A stretch of 64,000 nucleotides of DNA from Candidatus Woesearchaeota archaeon (GTDB lineage Archaea; Nanobdellota; Nanobdellia; Pacearchaeales; GW2011-AR1): NCBI GenBank assembly GCA_964617015.1, contig CAZTVG010000002.1:13077-77076 (forward strand), in the 5' to 3' direction. The notes beneath the pieces were generated by a model. That model did not search any database, was not told the DNA's origin, and was given only the letters and a program-made list of their open reading frames with translations. Each line of letters starts with the position of its first letter. Position 1 is the stretch's first letter. Shown here one piece after another: positions 35,278-45,067 of this stretch. The position numbers were made by a program, and so were the translations under genes.

Positions 35278-36822
35278 ATGGAGCAAATACAAAATTATCC
35301 AAGAGTTGCAATAAATTTTTCTCCTGTGACTCCTGCTTTGAAAAAGATAAAAGACAAAACAAAAATTGATGTAAGGTATAGTGTAATTGCTCCTTTTGCC
35401 TTCGTGCATATTTACTGGAGCCCCAAAATTTACGAAGTTGTTTATGAGGTGGAAGAGCCAAGGCTTGATGAAATAGAGGTAAGATACAGGGAACAGATTC
35501 TTACTGCGATAAGAGACATGATCAATTTTGACACAATTGTTGAAAAAAATGTTGAAAAGCTTTTAGAGTATATAGACAAGAGATTTAAGATTATTGCTTT
35601 TGAACTTGGATTAAATATATCCTATGAATCTTATAAAAAAATATATTATTATCTTATCAGAGATTTTGTGGGTTTTAATGAAATCGATCCCTTACTCAAG
35701 GATTATTTTGTGGAAGACATAGAGTGTAATGGCAATGACAGCCCTATTTACGTAGTCCACAGAGTTTTCAGGAATATTAAAACAAATGTTATTTTTAAAG
35801 ACCCTAACAAGCTTGAAAGTTTTGTTGAAAAACTCGCCCAGAGGTCTGGAAAACATATTTCATATGCTTCTCCTATCCTGGATGGAAGCCTTCCTGACGG
35901 AAGCAGGGTAAATGCAACTTATACAAAAGACATCACCTCGAAAGGGCCGACATTTACAATCAGAAAGTTCACAAAAACTCCATGGACACCCACACAACTG
36001 CTTTCCTTCAGGACTCTAAGTCCTGAAATGCTTGCTTATCTCTGGATTCTTGTGCAGTACAAGATGAATATTTTGATTACAGGAGGAACTTCTTCCGGAA
36101 AAACCACCCTCCTTAACGCTATCACTTTTTTTATTCCTCCTGAAGCAAGAGTTGTAAGTATTGAAGACACGAGGGAATTAAATATTCCAAGAGAAAACTG
36201 GCTTCCCAGTGTTGTAAGAAGTGCTACAGGGGTAGGAAATGTAGGGGAAATAGACCTTTTTACACTGCTTAAGAGCTCTTTCAGACAAAATCCCGATTAT
36301 GTGATTGTCGGGGAAGTAAGAGGCAAAGAAGCTTATGTGTTGTTTCAGGGAATGGCTTCAGGACACGCTTCAATCAGCACCATGCACGCAGATTCTGTGG
36401 ATACCGTAATAAAAAGACTGGAAACCCCTCCGATAGAACTTTCCCCCACACTCTTAAATGTTCTTGACTGCGTATGCATCATGACACATGCCATCTCAAA
36501 AAAACAAGAAACCAGAAAGCTCAAGGAAATAGTTGAGATAATCAATATAACTTCTGAGGGAATTGCCATGACAAACACGCCTTTTGTCTGGAATCCTACC
36601 GATGACCAGTTCTATTTCAAGAAAAACAGCAAGATATTTGAAAAAATTTCAAAAAGATATGGGTTAGAGATACAGGAATTACAGGCTGAATTCAGAAAAA
36701 GAGTCAATCTTCTCTACAGGATGCATGAAAGCAAATTTTTTGATTTCCAAAAGTTTCAGGATGCAATTACACATTATTATAAGAAGCCCCTTGAGGTCTT
36801 AAAGAAGTTCGGGGTTGAGTGA
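35278..36822 (+). CDS. Type IV pilus/archaellum-family secretion ATPase (FlaI/PilB/VirB11 superfamily)
   Basis: Walker A ITGGTSSGKTTLLNA, Asp/His boxes IEDTRELN and VGEVRGKEAY, and MASGHASISTMHA. 514 aa. Confidence 0.9.
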   Translation: MEQIQNYPRVAINFSPVTPALKKIKDKTKIDVRYSVIAPFAFVHIYWSPKIYEVVYEVEEPRLDEIEVRYREQILTAIRDMINFDTIVEKNVEKLLEYIDKRFKIIAFELGLNISYESYKKIYYYLIRDFVGFNEIDPLLKDYFVEDIECNGNDSPIYVVHRVFRNIKTNVIFKDPNKLESFVEKLAQRSGKHISYASPILDGSLPDGSRVNATYTKDITSKGPTFTIRKFTKTPWTPTQLLSFRTLSPEMLAYLWILVQYKMNILITGGTSSGKTTLLNAITFFIPPEARVVSIEDTRELNIPRENWLPSVVRSATGVGNVGEIDLFTLLKSSFRQNPDYVIVGEVRGKEAYVLFQGMASGHASISTMHADSVDTVIKRLETPPIELSPTLLNVLDCVCIMTHAISKKQETRKLKEIVEIINITSEGIAMTNTPFVWNPTDDQFYFKKNSKIFEKISKRYGLEIQELQAEFRKRVNLLYRMHESKFFDFQKFQDAITHYYKKPLEVLKKFGVE

Positions 36823-36861
36823 AAAGAAAATATTTAATAACATAAATTCCTTTTCTTAGGC

Positions 36862-37029
36862 ATGATAAAAGAGAGTGATATTTCGTTTCTTAATCAGCTT
36901 GTCAAAACCCTTGAAGACTCTTTTAACAAGCTTGAAAAGGCATACAACAAAAAAGATTCTGAAAATTTTAACAAATTAAAAAAAATTGTCGTCCAGACAC
37001 AAGGAAAAATTTTAGAGGTAATACAATGA
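36862..37029 (+). CDS. Small hypothetical protein in the pilus operon (not in the ORF track)
   Basis: 55-aa ORF MIKESDISFLNQLVKTLEDSFNKLEKAYNKKDSENFNKLKKIVVQTQGKILEVIQ. Its TGA overlaps the ATG of the downstream platform gene (ATGA at 37026-37029). Predicted helical. Confidence 0.35.
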   Translation: MIKESDISFLNQLVKTLEDSFNKLEKAYNKKDSENFNKLKKIVVQTQGKILEVIQ

Positions 37030-38357
37030 TAGAAGGAGATATCGCAATTGAAAAACTCGGGAAAAGCATATTGCAGGAGAGAAAAACAGTCAAGGAAATT
37101 AACTCCTTATTTAATTATTTCAGCAATGCAGATACACAGGAAGAGAAAAGGATGATTTCTTCTCAAATTGAAGCACTAACAGGTTCACTCAGAAAAACAG
37201 GGCAGGAGGTAATCGGTTCTATGGAAAAGATTTCTTTGTTTAAGCCTCTTCATCAGGATTCAGAAAAAAAAGCCTTTATTCCGGAAACAGAGAAAATCCA
37301 GCAGAGAACTTTCCAAAAAATACCCTCCATTAATGTTGTTGAAACAAAGTCTTCCAAAACAAAGCTCAAATTATCGCGTCTTGAAAAAATTACTCTCAAG
37401 AGAATGAAGAAGACAAAGAAAAAAATTGTTGAAAAGAAAGAAAGAAAGCCAAGCACGTATGCCATGATTTCAAGCAGTCTTTTTTATAAATTTTCAATGT
37501 CTCTTATTGACAAAGGATTGTTTAAACAATTAAAGAGAGATCTGGTGAGGGCAAATATGGAATTTGTGCCTGCAAATTATATTTCTTTTATTTTTTTCAC
37601 AACTGTCTTGTCTGCAATTGCCGCTGTTTTTGTTACCCTGTTCTTCTTGTTTTTTAACATTACTGCGCTTCCTCCTTTCATAGTCGGTATTGAAGAATCT
37701 TTGGGCTTAAGGTTTCTGAAAGTTTTCTGGATTTTGCTTGCCATACCTGCCATAACTTTCCTTTTTGCCTATTTTTATCCCTCTCTTGAAAAAAAATCTT
37801 TAGAAAGCAAAATTAACTTTGAACTTCCTTTTGCAGCCATACACATGTCATCCATCTCGAGTTCAATGATAGAACCAAGCAAAATTTTCAGCATAATCAT
37901 CTCCACAAAAGAATACCCTTATCTTGAAAAGGAATTTATAAAACTTCAGAATGAGATAAACATATACGGGTATGATTTGGTAACTGCACTGAAAAACAGG
38001 GCATTTAACAGTCCCAGCAGAAAGCTTTCAGATCTTTTTAATGGCTTGGCAACATCAATAACCTCAGGGGGAAATATTCCTGATTTCTTTGAAAAAAGAT
38101 CCCAGAGTCTTCTTTTTGAACACAGGCTGGACAAAGAAAAGCAGTCAAAGGCTTCTGAAACGTTTATGGACATTTACATAAGCGTTGTTATTGCCGCGCC
38201 GATGATTTTAATGCTGTTGCTGATGATGATGAGGATAAGCGGCCTGGGAATTTCATTAAGCCCTTCCATGATTACTCTTATAATGGTTCTTGGAGTTACT
38301 CTCATAAATATTTTTTTCCTGACTTTCCTGCACATAAAACAGCCTGAGGGGACGTAA
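37026..38357 (+). CDS. FlaJ/TadC-like pilus platform membrane protein (T2SS-F domain), first half
   Basis: A cytoplasmic N-terminal region, then multiple TM helices and a T2SSF-like segment YDLVTALKNRAFNSPSRKLSDLFNGLATSITSGGNIPDFFEKRS. Confidence 0.75.
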   Translation: MIEGDIAIEKLGKSILQERKTVKEINSLFNYFSNADTQEEKRMISSQIEALTGSLRKTGQEVIGSMEKISLFKPLHQDSEKKAFIPETEKIQQRTFQKIPSINVVETKSSKTKLKLSRLEKITLKRMKKTKKKIVEKKERKPSTYAMISSSLFYKFSMSLIDKGLFKQLKRDLVRANMEFVPANYISFIFFTTVLSAIAAVFVTLFFLFFNITALPPFIVGIEESLGLRFLKVFWILLAIPAITFLFAYFYPSLEKKSLESKINFELPFAAIHMSSISSSMIEPSKIFSIIISTKEYPYLEKEFIKLQNEINIYGYDLVTALKNRAFNSPSRKLSDLFNGLATSITSGGNIPDFFEKRSQSLLFEHRLDKEKQSKASETFMDIYISVVIAAPMILMLLLMMMRISGLGISLSPSMITLIMVLGVTLINIFFLTFLHIKQPEGT

Positions 38358-38362
38358 TTAAA

Positions 38363-39211
38363 ATGGAATTTAGAAAAATACATTGGTTTGGAATTGGCCT
38401 TGCTATGGCTATCATTGCACTATCTTTCTTCTTTCTTGGGACAAGATTTTTCTTCTTTATTTTCGGAATCGGTTTTTTGACTGGTGCCTCTCCTTTTGTT
38501 TTCTCCATAATCAATGAAACAAGAGTTGCCTCTGAAAAAGAAGAGATGTTTCTGGAATTTGCAAGGAGCCTTGTTGAAAGTGTAAAAACAGGAACACCAA
38601 TAAACAAAAGCATAATTAATGTCAAAGACAAGTTTTACGGGGTTTTAAGCGAGAATATAAAAAAACTGGCTAATCAGATTTCTCTGGGTATTCCATTGAG
38701 CAAAGCTCTCCAGACTTTTTCAGATGATGTCAATAACAAAACAATTTCAAGAACCCTGACACTGATAGGACAGGCGGAAAAGAGCGGAGGAGAAATAGGT
38801 GGTATTCTGGAATCTGTCACAGAAGCTGTAAGCATGGCAGACAAACTGAAAAAAGAAAGAAAAGCCTCAATATCTGCTCTCGTGGTCCAGGGATACATAA
38901 TCTTCTTTGTATTCATAATCATAATTCTTGTTCTTCAGTTCCAGATACTCCCTTTGCTTACAGGATTTGCCACGACAGGGGAAGGGGCTGCTGGAATTGG
39001 CGGTTTTATAGGGGGAGGTGGAAGCCCTATAAGCCAGGAAGAATTATCCAACTCATTCCTGTATCTCTTGTTAGTCCAGGGGTTTTTCAGCGGACTTACA
39101 ATAGGCAAATTATCAGAAGGAAACGTAAAGACAGGAATTAGGCACTCTTTTACACTGATGCTGTTTGCATTTTTAATTTCAGCAGGAGCAAATGTATTTT
39201 TCGGAGGATAA
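38363..39211 (+). CDS. TadB/TadC-like platform membrane protein (T2SS-F domain), second half
   Basis: LVESVKTGTPINKSI...LANQISLGIPLSKALQTFSDDVNNKTISRTLTLIGQAEKSGGEIGGILESV is a typical T2SSF repeat flanked by TM helices. Confidence 0.8.
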   Translation: MEFRKIHWFGIGLAMAIIALSFFFLGTRFFFFIFGIGFLTGASPFVFSIINETRVASEKEEMFLEFARSLVESVKTGTPINKSIINVKDKFYGVLSENIKKLANQISLGIPLSKALQTFSDDVNNKTISRTLTLIGQAEKSGGEIGGILESVTEAVSMADKLKKERKASISALVVQGYIIFFVFIIIILVLQFQILPLLTGFATTGEGAAGIGGFIGGGGSPISQEELSNSFLYLLLVQGFFSGLTIGKLSEGNVKTGIRHSFTLMLFAFLISAGANVFFGG

Positions 39212-39212
39212 G

Positions 39213-39923
39213 ATGGAAAAAACAGGTTCCCACGTCGGTGTTGTTCTTTCGTTTGTGATATTCATAACATTTATTATTTTTCTTTATGTAATAATCCAGC
39301 CAACAATAAAACAGGGTGGCAAGCAAAATTTCATTGAGCACATTAAGGGAGAAATAATAGAAAGGATTTCAACAGATTTAACAAGTATTTCTGTAACAAT
39401 GAATGCAGGTCCTCAAACCTGTGTTGAATTGCGTGATTTTTTCACCATAACAGAAATAAGTGACAGAGTTATTGCAATAAATGATGCAGGAAGCGTCCTT
39501 AATGCTTTAAAAAACGGAAATAGCTTGTTTGTACCCAAAAATTCAAATGATTTCTTTCTCAAGATTCATGAATCAGATGAATTTAGTGTTGCGCAAACAG
39601 GAACAATGAGTTCGTGTAAGCAGTTAAGTGAGGGGAAGAACGGATATACTATTGGATTTGTAAAAACAAACAAACAAATCTTTGAAACAAAAATAATCAA
39701 GTTAATAAGTGATTATAAGAATGACTATGAAACTTTAAAGGGGATGCTTGGGGTTGCTCCGGGAGGCGAGTTTGGATTCAGTTTTACATACAGTGATGGA
39801 AATATAATCAAAACAGAGGAAAAAAATATAAGCGTGAGCGTCTATGTCAGTGAAATCCCAATACAGTATATAAGTAAAAATGCTGCAAGAGAGCAAGGCT
39901 CCCTGAACATAAAAGCATGGTGA
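39213..39923 (+). CDS. Pilin-like protein (class III signal-like N-terminus)
   Basis: An ATG at 39213 follows GGAGGA and gives MEKTG/SHVGVVLSFVIFITFIIFLYVII. The ORF-track start at 39192 lies inside the upstream gene. Confidence 0.55.
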   Translation: MEKTGSHVGVVLSFVIFITFIIFLYVIIQPTIKQGGKQNFIEHIKGEIIERISTDLTSISVTMNAGPQTCVELRDFFTITEISDRVIAINDAGSVLNALKNGNSLFVPKNSNDFFLKIHESDEFSVAQTGTMSSCKQLSEGKNGYTIGFVKTNKQIFETKIIKLISDYKNDYETLKGMLGVAPGGEFGFSFTYSDGNIIKTEEKNISVSVYVSEIPIQYISKNAAREQGSLNIKAW

Positions 39924-40048
39924 TTGGACAAGAAATGTTAATATATAATAAGTTAAGAGGAGTGAAAATGTATTGCTATATTGATTTTAGCAATTTATTT
40001 AATAAATTTGAATAGAAAAATCACTCACTTAAAAAATATCATGACGGA

Positions 40049-40480
40049 ATGATAAATAAAAAAGGGTGGATAAGAATTATTGAGGCTTTTGTCGCAATTT
40101 TGTTAGTGACTGGTGTGGTGCTTGTCGTAATAGGCAGGGGAAATTTTCAGAGAGAAGATATTTCCCAGATAGTTCATGATGCTGAGTTCTCCATCTTGAG
40201 AGAAATACAATTAAATGATACGTTAAGAGAGGAAATTCTCGGAACAAACGGCACAATAGAATGGAAAGATTTTCCTTCTCAGGCGCCTAAAACCAGAGAC
40301 AAAATAGAAAGCAGGATACCCAGCTACCTTGAATGCTCTGCAAACATATGCAGGACTTCAGACCCTTGCTTTTTGGCAGAAGAGCAGGAAAGAGATGTCT
40401 ACGCAGAGTCGGTTATAATAACCTCCAATTTGCAGACATTTAATCCAAGACTGCTAAAGTTATTCTGCTGGGAAAAATGA
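40049..40480 (+). CDS. Pilin-like protein (class III signal peptide)
   Basis: MINKKG/WIRIIEAFVAILLVTGVVLVVIG. Confidence 0.65.
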   Translation: MINKKGWIRIIEAFVAILLVTGVVLVVIGRGNFQREDISQIVHDAEFSILREIQLNDTLREEILGTNGTIEWKDFPSQAPKTRDKIESRIPSYLECSANICRTSDPCFLAEEQERDVYAESVIITSNLQTFNPRLLKLFCWEK

Positions 40481-40518
40481 TTCTTAAAATTAATAAACTA
40501 TCCTTTCCTTAACTGGAT

Positions 40519-40926
40519 ATGAAAAAGTTTGAATTTTTAGAGCATACCGCAGACATAAAATTCAGGGCTTTTGGAAAAAACATGGAGGAAGTTTTTGAAA
40601 ATTCTGCTTTGGCAATTTCTGAGATAATATCAAGAGGACAAAAAATAAAATCAGAAAAGAAAAAACAAATAGAGGTTGAAGGGCATGACAAAGAATCTTT
40701 ATTGTATAATTTTATTGAAGAACTTTTATATTTGACAGAAGCAGAAAGTTTTTTGGTTTCAAAAGCAAATATAACAGTGTCAGGCAACAAATTAAAGGCA
40801 AAGCTCTCAGGAGACTCAACCTTGAATTATTCAAATTTTGACCATATTAAGTCTCCAACCTATCACGAGATGTATTTCAAAGAAACAGGAAACGGCTGGG
40901 AGGCGCAAGTTGTCGTGGATGTTTGA
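40519..40926 (+). CDS. Archease (RtcB activator)
   Basis: FEFLEHTADIKFRAFGKNMEEVFENSALA is the archease N-terminal signature. 135 aa, in an operon context with rtcB. Confidence 0.9.
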   Translation: MKKFEFLEHTADIKFRAFGKNMEEVFENSALAISEIISRGQKIKSEKKKQIEVEGHDKESLLYNFIEELLYLTEAESFLVSKANITVSGNKLKAKLSGDSTLNYSNFDHIKSPTYHEMYFKETGNGWEAQVVVDV

Positions 40927-40974
40927 ATACCCGATAAACATAAGGTATTTAAACTTTAAATTCTTAATTTAGTC

Positions 40975-41856
40975 ATGAAATTTAACGAGAATCTCACGGC
41001 AATTCATTCTTATCTATCTGCGGACGGTTGTGTTATTAAAAATCCTTCAACACAGAAACTGAAATATTACAGAATAGATTTTAGAAACACTAACAACACT
41101 TTACTTAAAGACTTTCAAGAAAAGTTTTATAATTATTTTTATATCAAGCCTAATTTATATCTTAACACAAGATGTTCTATAGGATCAAAAGAGATCTATT
41201 GGAAATTAATAAATCAATTTGGAAGTTTTTACTCAAAAGAATGGAAAATGCCTATGTTAAATGGAAAATTAACCAAAATATGGCTAAGAGCCTTCTTTGA
41301 CTGTGAGGGTTGGGTATTTTGTAAATCACATCAAAATAGGCATATTGGAATTGATTCTGTTAATGAAAAGGGATTGGACCAAATAAAGGAAGCATTAGAA
41401 AACCTTGGGATAAAATCAATTAAAAAAACAATAAAGAATGGGAGAATATATAGGTTGTTTATATATGGAAAAGAAAATCTAATAAAATTTCAAAAAGAAA
41501 TCGGATTTTTACATCCTTCAAAAAAAGAATTGTTGGAAAAGACAATATTAGATTTTGTTGATTATGACTGGCACCTAAAACAAGACAAGAGTTTGATTAA
41601 GGATATTATGCTAAAAAGAGTAAAAATAAAAAAACCATATATTGTTAGAGTAATTTCAAAGAAGAAAGATAATTTAGATAAGTTATCAAAATACTTAAAC
41701 ATGTTATTTTCAATAGAATTTATTAAAATTAATGAAAGGGTAAATGGTATTGGAACAAAATATTTTGAACTTAATGTTAATAAAAAAGATGAGGTTAAAA
41801 AACTAATAATGGAAGGACTTATTAATGAAGAACAATCAAATAAAGTGGGAACTTAA
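40975..41856 (+). CDS. Free-standing double-motif LAGLIDADG homing-endonuclease-like protein
   Basis: Two LAGLIDADG-type motifs, IHSYLSADGCV and WLRAFFDCEGWV, about 100 aa apart. A Lys-rich C-terminal extension follows. Confidence 0.75.
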   Translation: MKFNENLTAIHSYLSADGCVIKNPSTQKLKYYRIDFRNTNNTLLKDFQEKFYNYFYIKPNLYLNTRCSIGSKEIYWKLINQFGSFYSKEWKMPMLNGKLTKIWLRAFFDCEGWVFCKSHQNRHIGIDSVNEKGLDQIKEALENLGIKSIKKTIKNGRIYRLFIYGKENLIKFQKEIGFLHPSKKELLEKTILDFVDYDWHLKQDKSLIKDIMLKRVKIKKPYIVRVISKKKDNLDKLSKYLNMLFSIEFIKINERVNGIGTKYFELNVNKKDEVKKLIMEGLINEEQSNKVGT

Positions 41857-41862
41857 TTTAAA

Positions 41863-43287
41863 ATGCTAAAAGAAAAAATGAAGAAAATTGCAGAGAATGT
41901 CTATGAATTTCCTAAAGAAGGGAAAATGCTGGTTCCAGGAATAGTTTTTGCTTCTGATAAATTATTCAAAGATATAGAAGAAGAATGTGTCCAACAACTT
42001 TTCAATATCTGCCAGCTAACTGGAATTATTAAATATGGTATCGTCATGAGCGATGTGCATGTCGGCTATGGCTTTCCTATTGGCGGAGTTGCGGCTTTTG
42101 ACTTGAAAAAAGGAATAATTTCTCCAGGGGGTGTTGGCTATGATATCAATTGCGGAGTCAGACTTCTCGCAGCTAACTTAACAAAATCCGAGTTTTTAAA
42201 AAAAAGAAAAGACGTCACCCATGAGATAGCAAGAAACGTTCCTGTTGGTTTGGGTAGGGGAACAAAACAAAAACTTTCTGATGCAGAACTGAATGAAATA
42301 ATGAAAAAAGGAGTAAAATGGGCTGTTGAAAAAGGATTCGGAACAAAAGAAGATATAGAAAGGGTTGAAGATAATGGCTGCATTAAAGGTGCAGACCCAA
42401 GCAAAGTTTCTCAAAGAGCTAAAGCCCGTGGAAGAAATCAGTTAGGAACTCTCGGAGCAGGAAATCATTTTATTGACATACAAGAGATAAATAAAATTTA
42501 TGATGAAAAAATAGCAAAAATATTTGGATTAGAAAAGAAGGGCCAGATCGTTGTGATGATCCATACAGGCTCCCGGGGTTTGGGACATCAGACCGCTTCC
42601 GATTACATCAAAGAAATTGAAAAAGAATATGGAACAGGCCATCTCCCGGACAGAGAATTGGCATCTGCCCCAATCAATTCCAAATTAGGCAGGGATTACA
42701 TGGCAGCGATGGCGGCTGCGGCAAATTTTGCATTTACGAATAGACACATGATTATGCATAAGGTAAGGGAGGCTTTCAAAAGATTTTTCCCAAAGGTTAA
42801 ACTGGATTTAATTTATGACATAGCGCACAACATAGCAAAATTTGAGTTTCACAACGTAAACAACAAAAGCGTGGAAGTTTGTGTTCACAGGAAAGGCGCA
42901 ACGAGAAGTTTTGGGCCTGGAAGAAAGGAGATTCCCTCTGTTTACAGAAAAATTGGTTGTCCAATTTTCATTCCCGGAAGCATGGGAACTTCTTCTTACA
43001 TCTTAATCGGAACAAAAAAAGCAGAAGAAATATCTTTCGGTTCTACAGCCCACGGTTCCGGAAGAGTAATGTCAAGAACCCAAGCCAAGAAACAATTTTC
43101 TCCCGAAGAAGTCAGATCAATGTTAAAACAAAAAGACGTTTATGTAGAGGCCCAGAGTGTGAAGGGATTATTAGAAGAAAATCCAAATGTTTATAAAAAT
43201 TCTGATGAAGTTGTAAAAGTCAGCCACGAATTGGGCATAGGAAACTTAGTCGCAGAACTTAAACCAGTTTCAGTCCTAATAGGATAA
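41863..43287 (+). CDS. rtcB: RNA-splicing ligase RtcB
   Basis: GGVGYDINCGVR, GAGNHFIDIQ, HTGSRGLGHQ and HGSGRVMSR. 474 aa with no intein. Confidence 0.95.
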   Translation: MLKEKMKKIAENVYEFPKEGKMLVPGIVFASDKLFKDIEEECVQQLFNICQLTGIIKYGIVMSDVHVGYGFPIGGVAAFDLKKGIISPGGVGYDINCGVRLLAANLTKSEFLKKRKDVTHEIARNVPVGLGRGTKQKLSDAELNEIMKKGVKWAVEKGFGTKEDIERVEDNGCIKGADPSKVSQRAKARGRNQLGTLGAGNHFIDIQEINKIYDEKIAKIFGLEKKGQIVVMIHTGSRGLGHQTASDYIKEIEKEYGTGHLPDRELASAPINSKLGRDYMAAMAAAANFAFTNRHMIMHKVREAFKRFFPKVKLDLIYDIAHNIAKFEFHNVNNKSVEVCVHRKGATRSFGPGRKEIPSVYRKIGCPIFIPGSMGTSSYILIGTKKAEEISFGSTAHGSGRVMSRTQAKKQFSPEEVRSMLKQKDVYVEAQSVKGLLEENPNVYKNSDEVVKVSHELGIGNLVAELKPVSVLIG

Positions 43288-43458
43288 GAAAAATTATTCC
43301 TGAAGAAATTTAACAAATTTTATTGTGAAAACAACAGGCAGAATAAAAATTAATCCTGCTATCATGAAAAATGATTTAGTGTATTCGGATATATCTCCAA
43401 TTCCCATATAAAGATGTTGTTTTAATAATATTTAAAGATAATATACAAAAAAGAATAT

Positions 43459-44493
43459 TCATTTTTCTTCTGAATAAGAATCTTTAGAGAAATTTCTCCA
43501 TTCAATTCCAAGATCTAAAAAATCAATTTCTGCAAATCTGTTTAAATTAAGTTTTCCTTTCCCAGTAAGATACTTAAAGATTTCCATAACCTGAATATTC
43601 GCAACAGCCCCTGCAATTGGACCCAGATTTCCTGTTTGTTGAATATCTTTTATAACTTTTAAATTACTTAGAGAATCATTTCTTCTTTGATGCTCTATAA
43701 AATCATCAAAAGAAGCAGTTTTACCAGGGATTATTATTGGTCCAATCATTCCAAGATGCATATTATATCCTCCGGCAATACAGTAAGGAATATTATACTT
43801 TTGAGCATATTCATCAATTATTCTTGTCGTTTCTTGCACTGACGGTGAATCAGCACAATTCACTAAAAAATCCGCATCAATGACAATCTCTTCTAGATTT
43901 TCCTCTTCAGAAACCATTTTTGTAAATGTTCTTATATTTGAATCAGGTATCTTTTCCTTGATTACATCAACTTTCAATCTCCCAATATCTCTTTCATTAA
44001 AAAACAATTGTCTGTTAAGATTACTCTTTTGAACTACATCTGGATCAGTTATCCTTATCTCTCCAATTCCTAACTGATACAAACCATTAACAATCCATGT
44101 TCCTATTCCCCCTATGCCAAATACAGAAATAGTTGAATCTTCAAGCTTTTTTTGTAAACTAATTGTCTCTTCATGGGAATTTGTGAGTTCACCAATAAAT
44201 AACATTTGTCTTGAGTATCTTTCCTCAGTTTCATAGTCATCTTCTCTTATAATTCCTTCATATTTTAATGATTTTAAACAAGTCATTACCTTTCCACTTT
44301 CATAATCACTGGAAAGTTTATCGACAAGTAAATCCACATCTTGGCCAATTTTCAATTCACTAATAATTCTTTTTACTAATCCATCTACTTCAAACGTTTT
44401 TACTCTTCTTGTCCCTGTAAATATAACTTTGTAGATATCGCTTGATTCTTCTAATATGTAAATAGATTCTCTTAATTTTATTTTTTTACTCAT
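43459..44493 (-). CDS. ThiF/MoeB/E1-like adenylating enzyme with an N-terminal RRE-like (PqqD-like) domain
   Basis: RYSRQMLF, VFGIGGIGTWIV (GxGxxG) and ITDPDVVQKSNLNRQ form the E1-like core. The first ~90 aa (IYILEESSDIYKVIFTGTRRVKTFEVDGLVKRIISELKIGQDVDLLVDKL) look like a RiPP recognition element. There is a 4-nt ATGA overlap with the upstream gene. Confidence 0.75.
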   Translation of the reverse strand: MSKKIKLRESIYILEESSDIYKVIFTGTRRVKTFEVDGLVKRIISELKIGQDVDLLVDKLSSDYESGKVMTCLKSLKYEGIIREDDYETEERYSRQMLFIGELTNSHEETISLQKKLEDSTISVFGIGGIGTWIVNGLYQLGIGEIRITDPDVVQKSNLNRQLFFNERDIGRLKVDVIKEKIPDSNIRTFTKMVSEEENLEEIVIDADFLVNCADSPSVQETTRIIDEYAQKYNIPYCIAGGYNMHLGMIGPIIIPGKTASFDDFIEHQRRNDSLSNLKVIKDIQQTGNLGPIAGAVANIQVMEIFKYLTGKGKLNLNRFAEIDFLDLGIEWRNFSKDSYSEEK

Positions 44494-45065
44494 TTTACCC
44501 TCTCACAATAGAATACTTTACCTTTCCCTGGTGGCCCTGTAAGAAGATTTCCCTTATCATCACATGGAAAAATGACTTTATAATTCTTGAAAGCATTCAT
44601 TAATTTTGAATTCTCATTTAAATGCCATGAACCAATTATGACTAAAATAGGCTTTTCTGTTTTTATTGTATATTTTTTAATCATCTGTATATGTTTTATT
44701 TCTCGCTTTTTTAATATTTTATCTAATTGTCTTTCCTCATTTTTTAAATGAATCTGCTTCTTTACTTTCTCCTGTAAATTTTTATTAAGCCCAAAATTCT
44801 TAAAATCAATTCCTATTAACTTTATTTTTTTCTTACGACAAAATCTTATGAGTTTTTCAACTTCGTCAAAAGAAGTCATATTTGAGATTTTTCTAGTTCT
44901 TAGAATTTTTTCATAATCTTCTTTTGTTTTTAAGGAATGATTTTCCAATCTTTCACATAAAACAAAATCAGGTTTAATTTTTTCTATAATCTTTTTTTGT
45001 TTCCTAAAATCATCGATAAAACCATGAGTATCCCCTAAGAAAAAAAATAAAAAAGAAAAAGTCAT
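44490..45065 (-). CDS. TraB/PrgY/TIKI/ChaN-superfamily-like protein (putative metalloprotease)
   Basis: FFFLGDTHGFIDDFRKQKKIIEKIKPDFVLCERLE (compare GTxH...PDxVxxE) and the C-terminal LVIIGSWHLNE (compare GxxH) fit the two His-containing motifs of the TraB/TIKI superfamily as recalled. 191 aa. Confidence 0.45.
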   Translation of the reverse strand: MTFSFLFFFLGDTHGFIDDFRKQKKIIEKIKPDFVLCERLENHSLKTKEDYEKILRTRKISNMTSFDEVEKLIRFCRKKKIKLIGIDFKNFGLNKNLQEKVKKQIHLKNEERQLDKILKKREIKHIQMIKKYTIKTEKPILVIIGSWHLNENSKLMNAFKNYKVIFPCDDKGNLLTGPPGKGKVFYCERVK

Positions 45066-45067
45066 TT

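Noticed and set aside
38302-38631. 109-aa minus-strand ORF spanning the junction of the two pilus platform genes, plus 38174-38383 and 38674-38922
   Set aside because: They are antisense to TM-rich T2SSF genes with strong family motifs. They have no independent support.
42879-43196. 105-aa + strand ORF and the minus-strand ORFs 42138-42414 within rtcB
   Set aside because: They are alternative-frame or antisense ORFs inside a highly conserved RtcB coding sequence. Their products are Arg/Lys/Ser-rich with no motif.
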